Below, in pieces: positions 52,360 to 54,367 of a DNA stretch of 54,367 nt. The notes beneath the pieces were generated by a model. It did no database searches and had not been told where the DNA came from. It saw only the letters and a program-made list of their open reading frames with translations. Source of the stretch: an uncultured Pseudomonadota bacterium (GTDB lineage: Bacteria > Pseudomonadota > Gammaproteobacteria > Burkholderiales > Eutrophovitaceae); NCBI GenBank assembly GCA_913057675.1, contig CAJXOL010000001.1, positions 1-54,367 on the forward strand. Reading direction: 5' to 3'. Position numbers and translations under genes: made by a program. The stretch's first letter is position 1, and each line of letters starts with the position of its first letter.

Positions 52360-52469
52360 CAGTATTTAGCCTAACTTTCACTTGAAATGATTGGAAAATA
52401 ATATTTACTGGGTCGGCATTCTAGCATTGTCTAACTAACGAGCTTTTGTCTCGCAGATATAGGCTAACG

Positions 52470-53384
52470 TTAACTATCCGATAAAATCTTGATGGCGGCT
52501 TTGAGTTTGGCCACGTATCCGTTTCGAGCCTCACTTATAGATTCGTCATTCCAAGACCAAAATCCCAATCCAGTTTTCATGCCCATTTCGCCCCTCTCAA
52601 CTTTGTCACTGAGAATTTTTGGTGGCTCATCTTCATTACTCAAATCTGGGAACACGTTTTTACTTGCTGAGCACGTGATATCTAACCCTGACATTTCCTT
52701 TTGCATAACCGGACCAGCGGCAAGAAAGCGACATCCAAACCCGTATGTGACCGCCTTATCAACGTCTTCGGGTGTAGCAATACCCCGTTCTAATATATTC
52801 CAAACCTCTCTCATCATCGCTGCTTGAATACGATTTGCCAAAAATCCAGGAACATCCTTACGAACAATCACGGGAACAAAACCCTGCGTAGATAAATATA
52901 ATTTTATTTTTTCTGCTATCTGCACATCCGAGTGCTCCGAAGTAACTATCTCAACAAGTGGTACTAAATGGGCAGGCATAAAAAAATGCAAACCAAAAAA
53001 CCGAGCCTGAGGAGCCAACCCACTCGAAATAAGTGAGATGCCAAACGTCGACGAATTACTTGCAATAATGGCGTTTGCGTTTGCCAAAATAACGACTTGT
53101 TCAAAAATACTCTGCTTGAGCGCTAAGTCTTCATTAACGTTCTCAATAATCAGGTCGGCTGATGGCCAATCTACCGATATTAGATCCGGCAACAATTGCA
53201 GCTTCAATTGATCAAAATCTAGACTTAAATCTAGACCCGCATTACGTGCACGATTATGAAAAGTATCTGCCTGTCCTCCAGGTCGGCCAACAATAGTCAC
53301 GCGAGTGCCAAAAGCAGCCAATTTTACAGACAGATCCGTACCCATGGTGCCAGCGCCAATAATAACAATATGTTTGAAATTCAC
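52470..53384 (-). CDS. 3-hydroxyacyl-CoA dehydrogenase-family NAD-dependent oxidoreductase
   Basis: 304 aa with GxGxxG (IIGAGTMG), HFFMPAHLVPLVEIV and PGFLANRI motifs typical of the 3HCDH family. The true substrate cannot be inferred. Confidence 0.8.
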   Translation of the reverse strand: MNFKHIVIIGAGTMGTDLSVKLAAFGTRVTIVGRPGGQADTFHNRARNAGLDLSLDFDQLKLQLLPDLISVDWPSADLIIENVNEDLALKQSIFEQVVILANANAIIASNSSTFGISLISSGLAPQARFFGLHFFMPAHLVPLVEIVTSEHSDVQIAEKIKLYLSTQGFVPVIVRKDVPGFLANRIQAAMMREVWNILERGIATPEDVDKAVTYGFGCRFLAAGPVMQKEMSGLDITCSASKNVFPDLSNEDEPPKILSDKVERGEMGMKTGLGFWSWNDESISEARNGYVAKLKAAIKILSDS

Positions 53385-53510
53385 CTGATATCCATTTAAT
53401 TAATATTTCACTTAATTAGATGCGCGCATCAAGACTCGACAATCTCTAATTTTTGGTCGCTCTTTGTGCGAAAATTCTGGTCCAGCGCGTAGTAGCTAAG
53501 AAAATTACAT

Positions 53511-53975
53511 CTAGTAGGTATAAGAGTACCGAACCGAAACCAATTCTGAACCGGGGTTGCTGCTTGTCAAACCACCATTGGATAAATGGTCAATACTAAT
53601 TGATAACGCGGAGTCACTCCCGAACCGAAAACCAAGTCCAGCTAGTGATCGAAAATGGATGTTACCACCAAGGTCTGTATCTTCAGGATTGTAATATCCA
53701 GGCATGAAACTAGCCTCTATAAACAGTTGGCCCGACAAGTCAAACTGAGTGTGAACTCCAGCACCCATCCAAAGATCACTGTCAGCGTCTACCCTAATCG
53801 CTGAGGCCCAAGGCCAGTTCTCTAGCTCACCAGAAAACTCTCCACCTTTGTGGTACTCCAGCACAAGCCCACCACCGCCGTCCGGGTCAAATCCCCCGCC
53901 GATAACGACCTCTTGAGCGAATAGCGTACAGGGCAAAAGACAAGAAAATAATAGAATCAAGCGAGACATAAGCAT
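53511..53975 (-). CDS. Small outer-membrane beta-barrel, PagL / acyloxyacyl-hydrolase-like (lipid A deacylase family)
   Basis: 154 aa with a signal peptide (LLFSCLLPCTLFAQ) and alternating beta-strand pattern. Has an H-x-S-N-G motif (IDHLSNGGL) like the PagL His/Ser site and a C-terminal aromatic residue (YSYTY). Confidence 0.6.
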   Translation of the reverse strand: MLMSRLILLFSCLLPCTLFAQEVVIGGGFDPDGGGGLVLEYHKGGEFSGELENWPWASAIRVDADSDLWMGAGVHTQFDLSGQLFIEASFMPGYYNPEDTDLGGNIHFRSLAGLGFRFGSDSALSISIDHLSNGGLTSSNPGSELVSVRYSYTY

Positions 53976-54011
53976 CTCTGGAACCTTTCAATAAGGGCAT
54001 GGTGAAAGACC

Positions 54012-54033
54012 GCGGGAGCCATGGGGCTCCCGC
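54012..54033 (-). terminator. GC-rich hairpin downstream of the TRAP permease gene
   Basis: Perfect 9-bp stem GCGGGAGCC (54012-54020) / GGCTCCCGC (54025-54033) with loop ATGG. The U-tract after it on the minus strand is weak (GGTCTTTCACC). Confidence 0.45.
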
Positions 54034-54039
54034 ACAAAA

Positions 54040-54327
54040 CTACATCAAGAACCCAGATGCCCTAGGCAACCACAGTACGATCTGAGGAAATGCAATAATC
54101 AATCCGAGGCCCGTCAACTGCAATAACACGAAAGGAATTATTCCTCGATAAATGTGAGCCATATTAATTGACGGCGGAACGGTGCCCTTCATGTAAAACA
54201 GCGTGAACCCAAATGGCGGGGTCAAGAATGATGTTTGTAAATTAACTGAAAGCATCACCACAAACCAGGTAAGGAATACTACCGGCCCACCATCGCCGAT
54301 GTGAGGCCCAAAATCGACACCTTGAAG
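54040..54327 (-). CDS. dctM: TRAP transporter large permease DctM, C-terminal fragment truncated by the contig end
   Basis: The C-terminal 95 residues include TPPFGFTLFYMKG and IPFVLLQLTGLGLIIAFPQI, typical of DctM. The ORF-track N-terminus MYKRQ (54328-54342) is translated adapter, not protein. Confidence 0.8.
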   Translation of the reverse strand, partial: LQGVDFGPHIGDGGPVVFLTWFVVMLSVNLQTSFLTPPFGFTLFYMKGTVPPSINMAHIYRGIIPFVLLQLTGLGLIIAFPQIVLWLPRASGFLM

Positions 54328-54367
54328 CTGTCTCTTATACACATCTCCGAGCCCACGAGACAGGCAG
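54328..54367. other. Illumina Nextera adapter (Tn5 mosaic end plus i7-side adapter plus start of index); a sequencing artefact
   Basis: CTGTCTCTTATACACATCT (54328-54346) followed by CCGAGCCCACGAGAC (54347-54361), then AGGCAG. Confidence 0.95.

Noticed and set aside
54328-54342. MYKRQ N-terminus and GTG start of the last ORF
   Set aside because: It is a translation of the Tn5 mosaic-end adapter, not genomic sequence.
1-54367. Looked for CRISPR arrays, tandem or interspersed repeats, transposase/integrase genes, phage genes, toxin-antitoxin pairs, restriction-modification or other defence modules, and rRNA/tRNA genes
   Set aside because: Recognisable housekeeping ORFs tile about 94% of the window. 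No spacer exceeds 265 nt and none shows repeat-spacer periodicity or a tRNA cloverleaf. No ORF has nuclease, recombinase or defence-like motifs that I can recognise. This was a by-eye scan, not an exhaustive computation.

Overview
This window is a compact proteobacterial chromosomal backbone, about 94% coding by my hand tally of gaps and roughly mid-40s %GC by eye. It looks like a complete contig from a Nextera/Tn5 library, because adapter sequence is still attached at the right end (54328-54367).

I count 50 protein-coding genes. Almost all are recognisable housekeeping genes in classic Beta/Gamma-proteobacterial syntenies:
- ftsH(partial)-rlmE / yhbY - greA-carB-carA-dapB
- bamE / fur
- recN-nadK / hrcA-hemH-(DUF922-like)-grpE-dnaK-dnaJ
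- cysS; ppiB-lpxH
- a 16-gene co-directional block: aroC-MFS-leuC-leuD-leuB-asd-fimV-truA-trpF-trpB-trpA-accD-folC-SPOR-cvpA-purF
- thyA-folA; an alanine-racemase-fold ornithine decarboxylase; dcd; apbC / metG; dnaE
- a less conserved tail: alpha/beta hydrolase, MFS, metY, CoA-binding protein, 3-hydroxyacyl-CoA-dehydrogenase-family enzyme, PagL-like outer-membrane protein, truncated TRAP DctM.

I see no rRNA or tRNA genes, CRISPR arrays, transposases or integrases, phage genes, toxin-antitoxin pairs or recognisable defence genes. I could not find a convincing novel multi-gene system here.

The best leads are small-scale:
- a promoter-like element, a terminator hairpin and a triplicated 9-mer in the 200-nt carA leader
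- a DUF922-like secreted protein inserted antisense into the heat-shock cluster
- sigma-32-type promoters without CIRCE beside hrcA
- an intra-operon dnaK-dnaJ terminator
- unusually long leaders upstream of the ornithine decarboxylase and the CoA-binding/metY pair
- the adapter artefact, which creates a fake MYKRQ N-terminus.

All protein identifications rest on motif and family recognition by eye, with no searches run. Coordinates of hand-found motifs may be off by 1-2 nt.
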